A stretch of DNA of 64,000 bases, from positions 44,268,001-44,332,000 of the forward strand of contig OX597835.1 of NCBI GenBank assembly GCA_951406725.2. The letters run 5' to 3'. The position numbers and the translations under genes are program-made. Shown one piece after another: positions 1 to 13,127 of this stretch (its first letter is position 1; every line of letters begins with the position of its first letter). Below the pieces are notes generated by a model that did no database searches, had not been told where the DNA came from, and saw only the letters and a list, made by a program, of their open reading frames with translations. The stretch comes from Octopus vulgaris (taxonomy: Eukaryota).

Positions 1-145
1 ATGCAACTTAGAGTTTCCTGCGATAAAATCTAACTCATCAGGCTTGTAGAACGGAATTGGTTCTGTGAGCCCGAGGAGGAAGCTACGAAAATTAAAATTA
101 GTTGGAGCTGAATCAAACTTATTATTACACACACATACATAAATA

Positions 146-193
<48 letters not shown>

Positions 194-212
194 TATATAC
201 ATATATATATAC

Positions 213-282
<70 letters not shown>

Positions 283-415
283 GCCTGTCTGTCTGTCTAT
301 CTATATATCTATCTGTATATATATGGAGTCATTCACTCGTGAATTTCATCATCACACACAACATGGACAAAATTTCTTCTTAAGAAAAAATATATATTCA
401 AATAAGTAAAACATA

Positions 416-450
416 ATATCATGAATAGCGATAGCGAAACCGGTCGATAT
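416..450 (+). ncRNA. degenerate minimal type-I hammerhead-like motif (Penelope-type)
   Basis: atatc-ATGAATA-GC(gata)GC-GAAAC-CG-GTC-gatat. Stem I is atatc/gatat, stem II is GC/GC, and stem III is the palindrome ACCGGT with a GUC triplet. The core has 2 mismatches to CUGANGA, so it is probably dead. Confidence 0.35.
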
Positions 451-503
451 ATTAAAAATTATATTAAAACTATGTAAGTGTGCGTATTTTCCTTTTTTAA
501 TTT

Positions 504-595
<92 letters not shown>

Positions 596-1173
596 GTGTA
601 TCTGCGCGCTTGTGTGTTCAGATGTAAGTATACACAGAAGCCTCCTCTCCAGTATAATTTCTTAACAAAAGCCTTCGATCCAATGACATCTGTAGACCGT
701 CAAGTGTCCCATATGTTTTAAGTATGCCTAATTCTCCTCGTGCATAATGAGCAATGTTCATGTCAGAGAAATATACTGGATTCCACATACTTTTTAATCT
801 GTCCTGGTAGCTACCGTTATGGAAAAAAAACAAACATTCGTCAATATATAGTTATATTTACGGTACATTAAATGGAACATTGAAGGAACAAAATTTCTTT
901 TGCATAGGGCGTTGGTTTGGGAAGCAGTAAATTTCGCGTTCTGTTAAACATACAGAGATTTTTTTCAGTGAAACTCCATTACTATATCAACGAAAAATTC
1001 GCTTAGAGATTTACAAACATACATATTTACATACATACATACATACCTAAATACATACATACATACATATATATATATATATTTATATATATACACGCAC
1101 ACATATGCACTTAAATATGTGTGTGTATACACTGATATGCATCTTTGTGTATATATATAAATATGTATGCATG

Positions 1174-1214
<41 letters not shown>

Positions 1215-1270
1215 GCATATATATATGTTTATATATTTATATGTATTCTAAATTTATATATGTATAAATG

Positions 1271-1311
<41 letters not shown>

Positions 1312-1774
1312 TAGTTATATCTATTCTGTATGGTATATATACATATACATGTTATGCTTATGTGCGTACAATCAAGCTGCTTTAATGTATGTACATGTAT
1401 GCATTCCTGTATGCATGTATATAAGTATATATGTCTACATTTGTATAGAAGCATATAGACCTATATTATACATACATATGTAGCATATATACATATGTGT
1501 GTTTCTGTGTCTGTGCACGCTTGCTTACACATATCCTCATACTAACTTTGCCAGCTCTCAGTGACAAATGCATATACATAAACAAGCATATACACACATA
1601 TCCAATATACATATCTAACCACCAAATATAAGTATGGATACTTTTTAAGTTCAATATATCAATTATTAGTTTAACTTTGCATTAAAGTTAATCAATCAAT
1701 CTATATATCTATCTGCTTATCTACATTTTTATCCAAGAGTCACACACATGTATATATATACATACCTACACACA

Positions 1775-1841
<67 letters not shown>

Positions 1842-2112
1842 AGTGTATATATAAAAAAAATTGATAAATATATAAATATATATCATACGTAGGCATATGG
1901 TTAATGTACATTTGTGCATATATATAGGAGCATATGTATATGTGTCTATGTGAGTATACAGATGCACACACATAAATAGATATAATATACATTCATACAG
2001 TATATACAACATATATATACATGTATGTAAATATGTGTGATATGGACACGGATACACACATATATATAAATACATATATATACATATATATGTATGCATA
2101 CACACACACACG

Positions 2113-2143
<31 letters not shown>

Positions 2144-2348
2144 GAAAACCTAAAAATCAGCAATCGATATATCCATCTATCTATCTATCTCCCACTTTGT
2201 GATTCATATCTAATTTTCAAATACTTTAACGTCGGGGAAGAGAATGCTGACATATTCGATAACATTTCAGGTTTTACTTTATCGACAGGGAACAGGGTCA
2301 CTTCAGAGATATTGATATGAATAACATACAGCTCAAAATATATCATAA

Positions 2349-2448
<100 letters not shown>

Positions 2449-2524
2449 CTATAGTATATCCTGTGTCTACATACAAGAACATAGCTAAAATTTCAGTGAT
2501 GTGGGTCTCATGTTCCACAGCTAG

Positions 2525-2754
2525 CGTTCGTCTTTTCCCGAAAGGGTTTTGCGGCCATGTACATGTTCGGGGGGGGGGAGGGGGCAATCGGTACCAGCAG
2601 CAGCAGCAGCCGCAGCAGCAGTAGCCGTCCAAGAATTTGGACCTGGAGATCTCCATTTCCAGCGACTTCGAGGGCCACCTCCCAGTGGTGTCGGGCGTCA
2701 ACGAAGAGCCCTCGACTACAACAAGACGACCAAAGTTTTCTTTTCTTTTCCAAG
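2525..2754 (+). CDS. candidate coding exon, product unknown
   Basis: GC-rich unique island in AT-rich DNA, with acceptor-like ttccacag(ctag) at 2513-2524. One open frame reads RSSFPERVLRPCTCSGGGRGQSVPAAAAAAAAVAVQEFGPGDLHFQRLRGPPPSGVGRQRRALDYNKTTKVFFSFPR, with a weak donor AAG|gtctgg. Frame and strand are not certain. Confidence 0.22.
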
Positions 2755-2821
2755 GTCTGGGGTCTCCCGCTCCTCTAAGCCCTAGACCATCAACTAATCG
2801 CCCTTACCCGTATTGTTGCTT

Positions 2822-2859
<38 letters not shown>

Positions 2860-2971
2860 AACAGCAGCGACACTAGTGACTCTTCCGGCAGTGTGAACAG
2901 CATTGGCTGCGGTCACAACAGCAGCAAAACAACAAGCACAAGGTCACAAACACGGAAATGTGGTACCAATT

Positions 2972-3160
2972 TGTCCCCCCAACAACGCTTGACAACCGAT
3001 GCTGGTGTGTTTACGTCCCTGTAACCTAGCGGTTCGACAAGAGTGACTGATAGAATAAGTACTAGGCTTACAAAGTCTTGGGGTTGATTTGCGCGACTAA
3101 AGGCGGTGCTCCAGCATGGCCACAGTAAAATGACTGAAACAAACAAAAGAGTAAAAGAGA
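2972..3160 (+). mobile_element. SINE family B (CORE-type), 3' half only
   Basis: Matches the tail of the full copy at 62330-62758 (gcttgacaaccgatgctggtgtgttta...ggcggtgctccagcatggcc...gactgaaac...aaaagag). Confidence 0.8.
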
Positions 3161-3311
3161 GCTTAGATGCACACACACACTTATAGATATAAATATGTCA
3201 TAGGACCATATACATATGTATGTATCGATCGTATACAAACATATGCATACATATATTGTATATATGTACATATATAGATACATATATATATATATGTATA
3301 TGTATGTGTTA

Positions 3312-3348
<37 letters not shown>

Positions 3349-3412
3349 GGAGTAAAGACATAAATGTGAAACAAGGTGGAAAAAAGAGTACTCAAATACT
3401 AGGGGTAGAGTA

Positions 3413-3552
3413 ATATGCTTTATTTAAAAGTACCAGAAATTCAACAAAACCTGTCGGACAGTTTTTGTTTAGAAAAAAAAAACTGTCCGACGAACGGAAA
3501 CGTGAAACTCCGAGTAACAGGTTTTGTTGAATTTGTGCTGCTTTTAAATAAA

Positions 3553-3558
<6 letters not shown>
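3413..3558. repeat. inverted pair of Penelope-like terminal-repeat fragments
   Basis: 3413-3454 and 3517-3558 are inverted repeats (38/42 identical). An inner inverted repeat pairs 3453-3466 with 3478-3491. The right copy contains a hammerhead-like motif and abuts (TA)n. Confidence 0.75.
3483..3520 (+). ncRNA. minimal type-I hammerhead ribozyme-like motif, U4C core variant
   Basis: ctgt-CCGACGA-ACG(GAAA)CGT-GAAA-CT(CCG)AG-TA-acag. Stems I, II (GNRA loop) and III all pair, and the cleavage triplet is GUA. Confidence 0.6.
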
Positions 3559-3619
<61 letters not shown>

Positions 3620-3748
3620 TGTGTGTGTCTGTGTGTGTATATATATACATATATACATATATATATGTATATGTATGTGTTAGTGTATATATATATATGT
3701 GTGTGTGCTTGTCTGTCTGCATATGTAAGTGTATGTATGTATGAATAT

Positions 3749-3843
<95 letters not shown>

Positions 3844-3882
3844 CAATATTAAGTAGTATAAATTATATATATATATATATAT

Positions 3883-3987
3883 ACGACCGGCTTCTTTCAG
3901 TTTCCGTCTACCAAATCCACTGATAAGGCTTTGGTCGGGCGGGCCGACGCATTTAGTAGACGATATTTACCCAAGGTGCCATACAGT
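3883..3987 (-). mobile_element. SINE family B, partial 5' half
   Basis: acgac...ggcttctttcagtttccgtctaccaaatccact...cccaaggtgcca matches the reverse complement of 62390-62495. Confidence 0.7.
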
Positions 3988-4410
3988 GAGCATATTATAA
4001 ATGTAAAATATGTGTTTTATGCACTGGAATAGTTTGGAATAGGTATTTACATGCATTGTTCCAAACATCTTGGAAAACATAATAGAAAATTTAAACTAAC
4101 AAACAACTGGAAACAATAAATAAAAATGGAACAGCGTAGGTACATTATTTTTCAACATCAATACGCCGCATTGTTTGTTCTATCTTATACATATAAGATA
4201 TCTTTAATAAACATTATGGAATATAGTACATAAATATATAAAATGTGTCTAGAAATTGTAAATGAATTTAACAATGCAGACACGAATTTACTGCGGAAAT
4301 AGAGTGACGCGAATACCACCCGAAGTTATTTCCGGTGAATGATAGATAGATTGACACTTAGGTATGTATGTATGTGTTTGTGCATGTATATATGTATGTA
4401 TGTATGTATG

Positions 4411-4442
<32 letters not shown>

Positions 4443-4464
4443 TGTATGTATGTGGGTACGTAGG

Positions 4465-4510
<46 letters not shown>

Positions 4511-4957
4511 TATATACACATATACATATATGCATACATATATATAAATATGCATATGTATATACAGAGAGAGAGAGAGAGAGGGAGAGAGAGAGGAGAG
4601 AGAGAAACAGTGAGAGATATAATGGGTAGGTAGATGGATATGTAAATAGATAGACGCAGTTATGGATGGATAGATGCATAGATAGGTAGGTATTTAGGTA
4701 TTTAGGTAGGTAAGTAGATAGGTAGGTAGGTAGGTAGGTAGGTAGATAGACAGATAGAGAGAGAGCTAGATAGATAAATAGACAGAAAGATAGATAGATG
4801 GACAGATTTATAAATCGTTACGTTGATAGAAAGATAGATAGAAAACTAAACAGTCAGTTAAATAGATTTACAGAGGAATTGATCGATTTAGAGTAAGACA
4901 AGCAGACACACAAAGATAGATAGGTAGGTAGAGATAGTTAGATAGATAGATAGATAT

Positions 4958-4996
<39 letters not shown>

Positions 4997-5016
4997 TATA
5001 GATAAATATATATATG

Positions 5017-5056
<40 letters not shown>

Positions 5057-5066
5057 TGATATATAT

Positions 5067-5124
<58 letters not shown>

Positions 5125-5703
5125 TGATAAGTACCTAAGTACATTATTAGATAACACGAATACAAGCATTCAAGCAGACATACAGTTAGACAGACAGACA
5201 GGTAGATAGATATATTTTGAAGTTCTGAGAACTTGTTTACATCAAATAATAGTTGTTAGTGGGTTATAATTATTTTTCTAATCGGAAATTAAATTACTTT
5301 GACTAACAACCAATATAGAAAATGAGATAAAGAAAGAAATAGCTTTTTACCTTCAAAAGAACACCCCCACACCCTACCTCTGCTGGCTGCAACAAAGCAA
5401 ACCCCGCTGGGTCATGGTGTTTCAGACACTGTTTCATGTATATTACTTTACAATTGTTGGAAGAGAGTTTTATAGAGAGAAAAAAAAGAAAAATACAGAA
5501 AAAAAGTAAAAGAAAAATGTCTGCCTTTTCTCTGAATCGTTGCCACTGTTTTTACCTTGTTTCGTCCGAATTCAGATTTGATCGAAACGTCTGATGAAAC
5601 GTGTGTTTAGCCCTTGTCTTCACGTTTTCTTTGTGTTTTTATTTTAAGTGAATCATCGTAAACCTAGGGCTACATTATTCAATGTGCGTTTCCTTGAAAA
5701 AAT

Positions 5704-5909
5704 CTTTAGCATTTAAAACCACCATATTAGGCCTAACTATTCGATCTCTTTTACATCCAAAATGGCCAGATCCGGTCTCTCACACTTACCCTATCATGTC
5801 ATGCTAAAAGTAAGCTTAAATCTTGAAGCTACGAGATAATACGGATTAATTCAAATCACTGTGAATTAATAAGCATTACATTCGACAGAGTAAACTAAAC
5901 GCTAAAGGG
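5704..5909. mobile_element. short MITE, piggyBac-like termini, degraded
   Basis: Terminal inverted repeat ctttagcattta / taaacgctaaag(gg). The interior is shared in opposite orientation with 17876-18033, which ends in ...gctaaaaaggTTAA. Confidence 0.45.
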
Positions 5910-7014
5910 ACCAAAATGTCTTGCTGTATGAGTGCGCATGCGTATGTGTCTGATGTGAGAGAGATTTGGCTGCTATTTCTTGTATGACGAATGTCCAACA
6001 TTTAGGACCCATCATTGGCTTCTCACAAAAATATTCAACCCTAGAGGTTGTCGATAATCCTTTCAAGTTTTGGCACAATGGGGCGTGGGGAGGCCGTTTG
6101 CTGGTTACATCGACCCAGTACTTGACTTGTACTTTATTTTGTCGACCTCGAAAGGACGAGAGGCAAAGTTGACCTCGGCGGGATTAGAGCTCTATTTGAA
6201 CTTAGCAGAAAGCCGATCACACTGACTCCTGTGCTCCCTATGTTATCGACTCCCAAAAGGATGAATTGCCAACTCGAAACGGGCTAAATTTGGACTCCAA
6301 ACAGAAATACGGACGAAATGATGCTAAGCATTTTGTCCGGGGTGCAAACGACTCTACCATCTCTCAATTTAAATCATGTTTGAAGCTGTGTAGCTAAACT
6401 CATCCTTGATGAATCAATGACAGTTCTAGCCGTGTCCATCCCTTTAGAATATCTATTACTATATTTGTTGGTGATTTGTTGATGCTGCTGTTGTTGATGG
6501 TGGTGGTGGCGTTGTTATTGTGTTTTTTTTATTGTTGTTATTTTTGTAGTGAATGGTGTTTAACTCCAGATCAATCCTGATCAAGAAAGCTGAGTGTTGC
6601 TGACCATTCTCCGCAACAACCTCATCGCGGTCAAGCTAAACTCGCCATTTGTTCGGCTGTGTATTCCAACCTGCCTCCTCTTTAGCCGCTTAATCCCTTC
6701 CACCATTTCTTCGTTTTGCTGTATTGCCTTGCAATTAAATTTTGATCAATTCTTAATGAAAACAAAACCAAATTTGAATGTCACCATTTAACTGCATTGC
6801 ATAAAGAAATAAAAATGAAATTATTCAGTCATAACTACCCGCTCCTTATCTCAGGCATCGTCTATCTACAGCTGCACATTTAATGCTTCTTTAAGACGTC
6901 AAGTAATAATATGAGGGAGAGTTGGCCGTTATTTCCAGTAGGTTACGTTACCGCGTTGGCTCGTAGTCATACTACATTGCTGCTGTATTCCAAATTATTT
7001 TGTGATATATATAT

Positions 7015-7202
7015 CAGTCGCCATGATAGATCGCTAGCCACTACACACATTTTTTCTCTCCTTGTTTTTTTCTGTGTCCCTTTCTGTTGAAGAGCGTAGG
7101 CTCGAAACGTAAAAGACTTTTACCATTCCTGAACGTTATACTAATACATCTGTTTGTTTTGTACACCACCTGTCTTCGTCTTTTGTTTTTTTCGTAAACT
7201 CT

Positions 7203-7205
<3 letters not shown>
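7015..7205 (+). mobile_element. Penelope-like terminal-repeat fragment (family P1) with hammerhead-like motif
   Basis: Homologous to 29350-29529 and 33865-34062. Contains ttt-CTGTTGA-A-GAGC(gtag)GCTC-GAAACGTA-aaag and abuts (TA)n. Confidence 0.6.
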
Positions 7206-7291
<86 letters not shown>

Positions 7292-7428
7292 TGTGTGTTC
7301 GTGCGTGTGTGTGTATGTGTGTGAATCATTCGATATCTTATCGCTATGTCTATGTGTATTGTATTTGTGTGTTTTCCTAATCTTGCTGCTGCTGTAGTTC
7401 TTGTTGACGGTACAGTTGTTGTTGGTGC

Positions 7429-7459
<31 letters not shown>

Positions 7460-7798
7460 GGTAGAGGTGGCGTCTTCGTTGGTGTTACTGTTGTTATTTA
7501 AACCCGGGCCACCCATGTTTGAAGCTATTTATAATCAATGGTTTCCAGCCATGTCCATCCCGCATTTTTCGGGTATCTGAAAAAATATTATCCATTGCTT
7601 TCTAATTTAAAACCATAGAAGTGTAATTTATAAAAGGGGCTGCCATTTCTTGTAGGCTACGCTACCACGTAAAGACCTTAACTTTTGTAGCAATTCCTGA
7701 ATGGCTCCATGCCTCTTGATATATAAATCAATACAAATAACCAGACCGATTTCAATATGAATCAGTCTTATGAGAGACCACTAGAAAAAAGGTATATA

Positions 7799-9056
7799 CA
7801 GTGGTTGGACAAAATAATGGAAACACCTAGCATCATAGCATCATAATTTTGAAATATGCATCAAAACCGTCAAAAGCTTGTTTATTTTTGCTTTAATTTG
7901 TTATTAATGTTGCTTAATATGTTTTGCTAAAATTGCTGTTTCTTTTCAGATATCATCAGTAAAAGGTAATTAAAATGATAGATCTATCGGACTTTCAAAG
8001 AGGTCAAATTGTTGGTGTTCGTATGGCAGGCGCTAGCATAATGAAAAAGGCCGAAATGTTTGGTGTTTCAAGAAGTATTGTCTCGAAAGTAATGACAGCC
8101 TTTGAGAAAGAGGGAAAAACCTCCTTATCGAAACAAAGTTCCAGAAGTAAACCAAAACTTTAAGATACAGACCGTTGGACTCCTACGCGAATTGTTAGAA
8201 AAGATAAGAAAAGTACAGCTACCAAAATTACTGCAGAGCTTAATGACCATCTCGAGAACCAAGTTTCCTCAAAAAGTGTTCGCCGGGCGAAGCAAAAAGC
8301 TAGAATTCACGGGAGGGCTGCAATAAGAAAATCACTACTTTCAAAAACAAACGTTGCAAACCGTTCAGAGTGGAGTAAAAACCTACCGAATTGGTCCCTA
8401 GAACAGTGGAAGAATGTTATTTTCTCAGACGAGTCACCCTTTACCTTATTTCCAGCCACCGGCCGAGTATACGTGTGGAGACAGCCAAAAGAAGTATTTG
8501 GCCCAGACTAACTTCTTCCAACTGTTACACATAAAGGAGGATCTGTGATGAGCTGGGGGCTATACCTTGGAAGTCCGCAGCCCAAGGGTTTCCCTTCATG
8601 GTAGAATTAATAGTCAAGCTTATTTAAGCGTTTTATCTGATCAAATTCATCCTATGGCTGCGGAACTGTTTCCGGAGGGAAACGCAATCTTTCAGGATGA
8701 TAATTCACCAATTCAAACAGTTAAAGTTGTTACAGAATGGTACGAGGAACAGTCTAGTGAAGTTGAACATCTTATCTGGCCACCACAGTCCCCAGATCTC
8801 AATATTATTGAACATTTATGGTGCATTTTAGAAAAACATGTAAGGAGTCAATATCCTCCACCATCATCACTACAAGAAATGGATACTGTTTTAGCTGAAG
8901 AATGGACAAAAATTCCTTTGGAAGCAATTCAAACTTTGTACGAGTCCATACCCCGTATAATTCAAGATGTAATTACTACCAAAAGCGGTCTTACTTCATA
9001 TTAAAATAAATTCGTTAGAAATTTTTAGATTTTTCCATTATTTTGTCCAACACCTG
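7799..9056 (+). mobile_element. Tc1/mariner DNA transposon, full length (1258 bp), DD36E type
   Basis: 25-bp TIRs cagtggttggacaaaataatggaaa (7799-7823) and tttccattattttgtccaacacctg (9032-9056), with 2 mismatches. TA TSDs at 7797-7798 and 9057-9058. Contains a transposase pseudogene. Confidence 0.95.
7975..9004 (+). pseudogene. Tc1-like transposase pseudogene
   Basis: N-terminal HTH (DLSDFQRGQIVG...AEMFGVSRSIVS) followed by WKNVIFSDES, GGSVMSWG, IFQDDNSP and WPPQSPDLNIIEHLW. In-frame stops at 8161 and 8509, and a frameshift near 8560. Confidence 0.93.
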
Positions 9057-9363
9057 TATATGCTATTTATATTATAACATGCTATATATATATATATATA
9101 TACACACATTCAAGGATGGCAAGTAATATTAAAGAAATTCGAAACCATGGTAATTACCGTTAAATAACAAGGTAAAGTTTTTTATTTTTCATTTACTTCG
9201 AAATTTGCTATTAAATTGTGGTTTTGGCCGTGTTGGTTGCTATTTCTAGCATGTAAAAATTACCTGTTAAAAGGTAATTTTCTATTTTAAAATATGAATA
9301 TGTTGTCTATTGACTATTTATACATGCTGGGCCACTGGTAGTGATATTTATAACGAATATTCG

Positions 9364-9396
<33 letters not shown>

Positions 9397-9520
9397 CCTA
9401 TGTGATGTATATGGTTATGGTTTTATGATTGTATGTTGCATGGGCTTAAATATTAGGAGTTGCCTCTAGCCCTAACGGAACCTCGTAGTCGCTCTTCGTG
9501 GTGCCAATGTTGTGTTCCAG

Positions 9521-9685
9521 ATAATGTTATAAATAATTTCGGTAAATCGATGCAAATACTATTGCGAACTTGGCGTCTGGGGATGGGTGGAAAATCCGAC
9601 GTCTTCAGGGAAAAATTGACAGAAGAGAAACGAATGAGCGACAGTAGACTTTTAGAAAACACTGGTTGCAAGCTGAGAGAAGGAT
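9521..9685 (+). CDS. candidate symmetric (phase 1-1) 165-bp exon, product unknown
   Basis: Acceptor tgttgtgttccag| and donor |gtaaga. The only open + frame reads NVINNFGKSMQILLRTWRLGMGGKSDVFREKLTEEKRMSDSRLLENTGCKLREG. No domain recognised. Confidence 0.25.
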
Positions 9686-10201
9686 GTAAGACTCCGCTGG
9701 TCTCTCATTAATTTCTCTCTTGTTAACTTTTCTCTAAGGAAGCACTTTTAACAGAGCATTGTAGTTTCCATTCCCAACGGCGAGGTCACGCTACGCAATT
9801 TAACGATTTTTGTAACTATTATAAATCTTGCCGTCGCAGTCCAGCACCAGCCTTTTTGCAGTTTGGCCATATGTTGCGACTTAGACGACCATCCCGTAAT
9901 TTTGCTTTGACAGTGCGTGTATATTGTTATTGTTTACGCTTAACCTCAGATTAGCCCTAATCGTGCAAACTCAGGTAGCAAAAGCATTCCAACCGTGACA
10001 ATCCCGTCTTCTCAGATATTGTTAATATCAGACTTTTTCATTCTGTGTAGTCTGATCTTGAAGTCCATTGGAAGACTTCCGTGTCAAATGCTTTGACTTT
10101 CTCTTGAAATGTTCATGGGAGAATATAAGATGAAAGTGGTCTCCCGTTATCTTCCGCCAGTTAGGTACAAACCAATTTGTTCCAGCTATACAGGGACTTT
10201 A

Positions 10202-10517
10202 GATGAGGCACGTGGCCTAGTGGTTAGATCAGCGGGCTCGCGGTCGAGGGATCGCGCGTTCGAGTCTCAAACTGGGCAATGTGCGTGTTTATGAGCGAAA
10301 CACCTAAGCTCCACGCGGCTCCGTCAGAAGGTAATGGCGAACTTCTGCTGACTCTTTCGCCACAACTTTCTCTCACTCTTTCCTCCTGCATCGTGCTGTT
10401 CACCTGCGATGGACCGGCGTCCCGTCCAGTTTGGGAACCCATACGCCAAGAAACCGGGAAACCGGGAAACCGGCCCTTATGAGCCAGACATGGCTTGAGA
10501 AGGAACAAACAACAAAA
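10202..10517 (+). mobile_element. tRNA-derived SINE (family C head and centre, tail type 1)
   Basis: Box A tggcctagtgg, box B gttcgagtc, and a (caa)-like tail. Flanked by a 14-bp TSD atacagggacttta at 10188-10201 and 10518-10531. Confidence 0.9.
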
Positions 10518-11010
10518 ATACAGGGACTTTAAACGTGAAGAGACGGTGAAAATACCACAAAGCCGTTTCGTCCAACGCTTCGATACTTCCGCCAAATCCC
10601 TATATTGGAATGCTACTTAACTTCATCAACCCCGAAATAATGAAAATTAAAGATGATCCTGGTGTGATTCGAATTCAGGATGTCAAAAAAAAGTACAGAA
10701 CAAATCACAGGAGATACTTTATCTAACAACACCACCAATAAATCTCTCTGGTCTGATGCTTTAACTCGCCAAACGTGGAGTGATGGGATGTAAATATGAT
10801 CCCAGCGATATTTGAACTCAGAACATAAATGCCCGGAAAAAAATAAAGGAAAAACATTTTATCCATCGCGCAAGGAACACTATTAATTTGAGATAATATT
10901 TTATTAACTCCAGGAGAAACAAATGTTAAGATGACAACGGCGTAATTTGAACTGACAACGTATGAGTTTGGAACAAATAGGATGTGACACTTTATCATAC
11001 GTTAATGAGA

Positions 11011-11412
11011 ATATTCCTTTCTACTCTAGGTACAAAGCCCGAAATTTTGTGGAGGGGGCCAGTCGATTAGATCGACACCAGTACGTAACCGCTACTTAAT
11101 TTATCGACCCCGAAAGGATGAAAGGCAAAGTCGACCTCGGCAGAATTTGAACTCAGAACGTAAAGACAGACCAAATACCTATTTCTTTATTACCCACAAT
11201 GGGCTAAACATAGAGGGAACGAACAAGGACAGACAAACGGATTAAGTCGATTACATCGACCCCAGAGTTCAACTGGTACTTAATTTATCGACCCCGAAAG
11301 GATGAAAGGCAAAGTCGACCTCAGCGGAATTTGAACTCAGAACGTAAAAACAGACGAAATCCTGGTAAATATTTCGCCCAGTGTGCTAACGCTTCTACCA
11401 GCTCGTCGCCTT
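11011..11412 (-). mobile_element. SINE family A, internally duplicated (dimeric) copy
   Basis: Two tandem copies of ttatcgaccccgaaaggatgaaaggcaaagtcgacctc...aatttgaactcagaacg. The head ends gccagctcg(t)cgcctt. Confidence 0.88.
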
Positions 11413-11984
11413 CCTTTTTATCAAAATATTAACAACACTACTAATTCGTCACTGGATTGATATTTTATTAATCCGAAAAATCCCCCCAAAAAAACAATCT
11501 GCAAAGATGAACTCCTCAGGATTTGAACTTCAAATACGAACAGCTGAACCAAATGCTGGCTGCCAGGAATTTTGTGCAACGATCTAACAATTTTTCAAAA
11601 TTACCGACTCGGTACCAGATATAACATTCTATATGTTTATCTTCAAAGAAACAAAACAAAAAATAAAGTCTCAAAATTCTCTTGAAAAAGAGTGATTTCA
11701 GGGAAATTTCTTTGCGACCCATTACAGGCTTCCTCACTGTCACCTTACACGTAATTTATCATATTAGCGTTATCGATAATTTAAAATGGTGTGGTTGAGG
11801 GCATCGGGGTTGGTGGTGGTGTTATTTTCCAATATTGCTTTATCATTAAAGAATCATTAACGATGTTAATTATTATTACACAATACACCATATACAGATA
11901 ATTTTAATTGTGCAATAAGGTAAAGCTAATTGTTTGCTATTTAATATTTTTCTGTGGGAAATCCTATTAATGAAAGATCCATTT

Positions 11985-12033
<49 letters not shown>

Positions 12034-12239
12034 TGTGTGTAGCTGTGTGTGTATGCGTGTGTATATGTGTTTGTGATGGGTTCTTTCTTTGAAAATGAAG
12101 CATGCGCAAACTATTGTTCCATCAACTAAAATATCTCACGTGTTCGTGTGGCTGTGAAGCAAGTCCCTTCACCCCTTATCTTTGCTAATTGTGTTCATAT
12201 AAACCTACACACCCAACATTATATCTCCCAACATCAAGC

Positions 12240-12440
12240 GGGGAGTTGGCCGAATCGTTAGCACGCCGAGCAAGCTGCTTTGCGGTATATCGCACCTCTT
12301 TACTTTCTGAGTTCGAATTCCGCCTAGATCGACTTTACCTTTCATCCTCTTAGTTTCGAAAAAATAAGCACTGGGGTCGATGTAATCGACTTACCCCGCT
12401 CTCACAAAATTACTGGCCTTGTGCAAAAGTTCGAAACTAA
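12240..12440 (+). mobile_element. SINE family A
   Basis: gagttggccgaatcgttagcacgccg...gagttcgaattccgcc...cctttcatcct...ggggtcgatgtaatcgact. Confidence 0.8.
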
Positions 12441-12787
12441 CATATCTACCAACATGCCTATTTACCTACATTCCTACGGATCTTTCTATCTACCTTCCAA
12501 ACTGCTAAAATTCCAACTCTCTAGTTTATCTATTAATCCACCTTAGCATGTAAGTGGCTGAGTATTCCTTTGAAGCTCATACATCTTACACTTAACGTTA
12601 TTTCTCCAGCAGAGTCACTGCAACGCTGTGCTAGGGCCGTGACCTTGACCTATCGGTTACATTCATCCCACAGGCTCCCTCGCAGCTTCCATTTATCTGG
12701 CACCCGTCACAAACTTTGAGATTAACCGAATCTCAAAGTTTCGAGAAGTAAAACAAAATAATAGTAACAATAATAATAATAATAATA

Positions 12788-12994
12788 ATCCTTTCTACTG
12801 GATGCACAAGGCTTAAAATTTTGGGATAAGGGACAAATCGATTACATTGATCCCAGTGATACACTGATATTTATTTATCGACCACGAACAGATAAAAGGG
12901 AAAGTCGACCTCAGTGGAATTTGAACTGAAAACGTAACGATGGGCGAAATACCGCTAAGCATTTCGCCCAACGTACTAACAATTCTGCCAGCTC
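12788..12994 (-). mobile_element. SINE family A
   Basis: Reverse complement of the family A body, lying between (TAA)n and (CTA)n tracts. Confidence 0.8.
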
Positions 12995-13004
12995 ACTGCT
13001 TTAA

Positions 13005-13075
<71 letters not shown>

Positions 13076-13127
13076 ATAATAATAATAATAATAATAACAA
13101 TAATAATAATAATGATAATAATAATAA

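Noticed and set aside
2693-2725. RQRR-ALDY resembling the TGF-beta1 furin site RHRR-ALDT
   Set aside because: No cystine-knot cysteines follow, so a short motif match cannot support a gene call.
5559-5600. gtttcgtc...GAAACGTC.gatgaaac hammerhead-like remnant
   Set aside because: The CUGANGA half of the core is unrecognisable, so it is too decayed to call.
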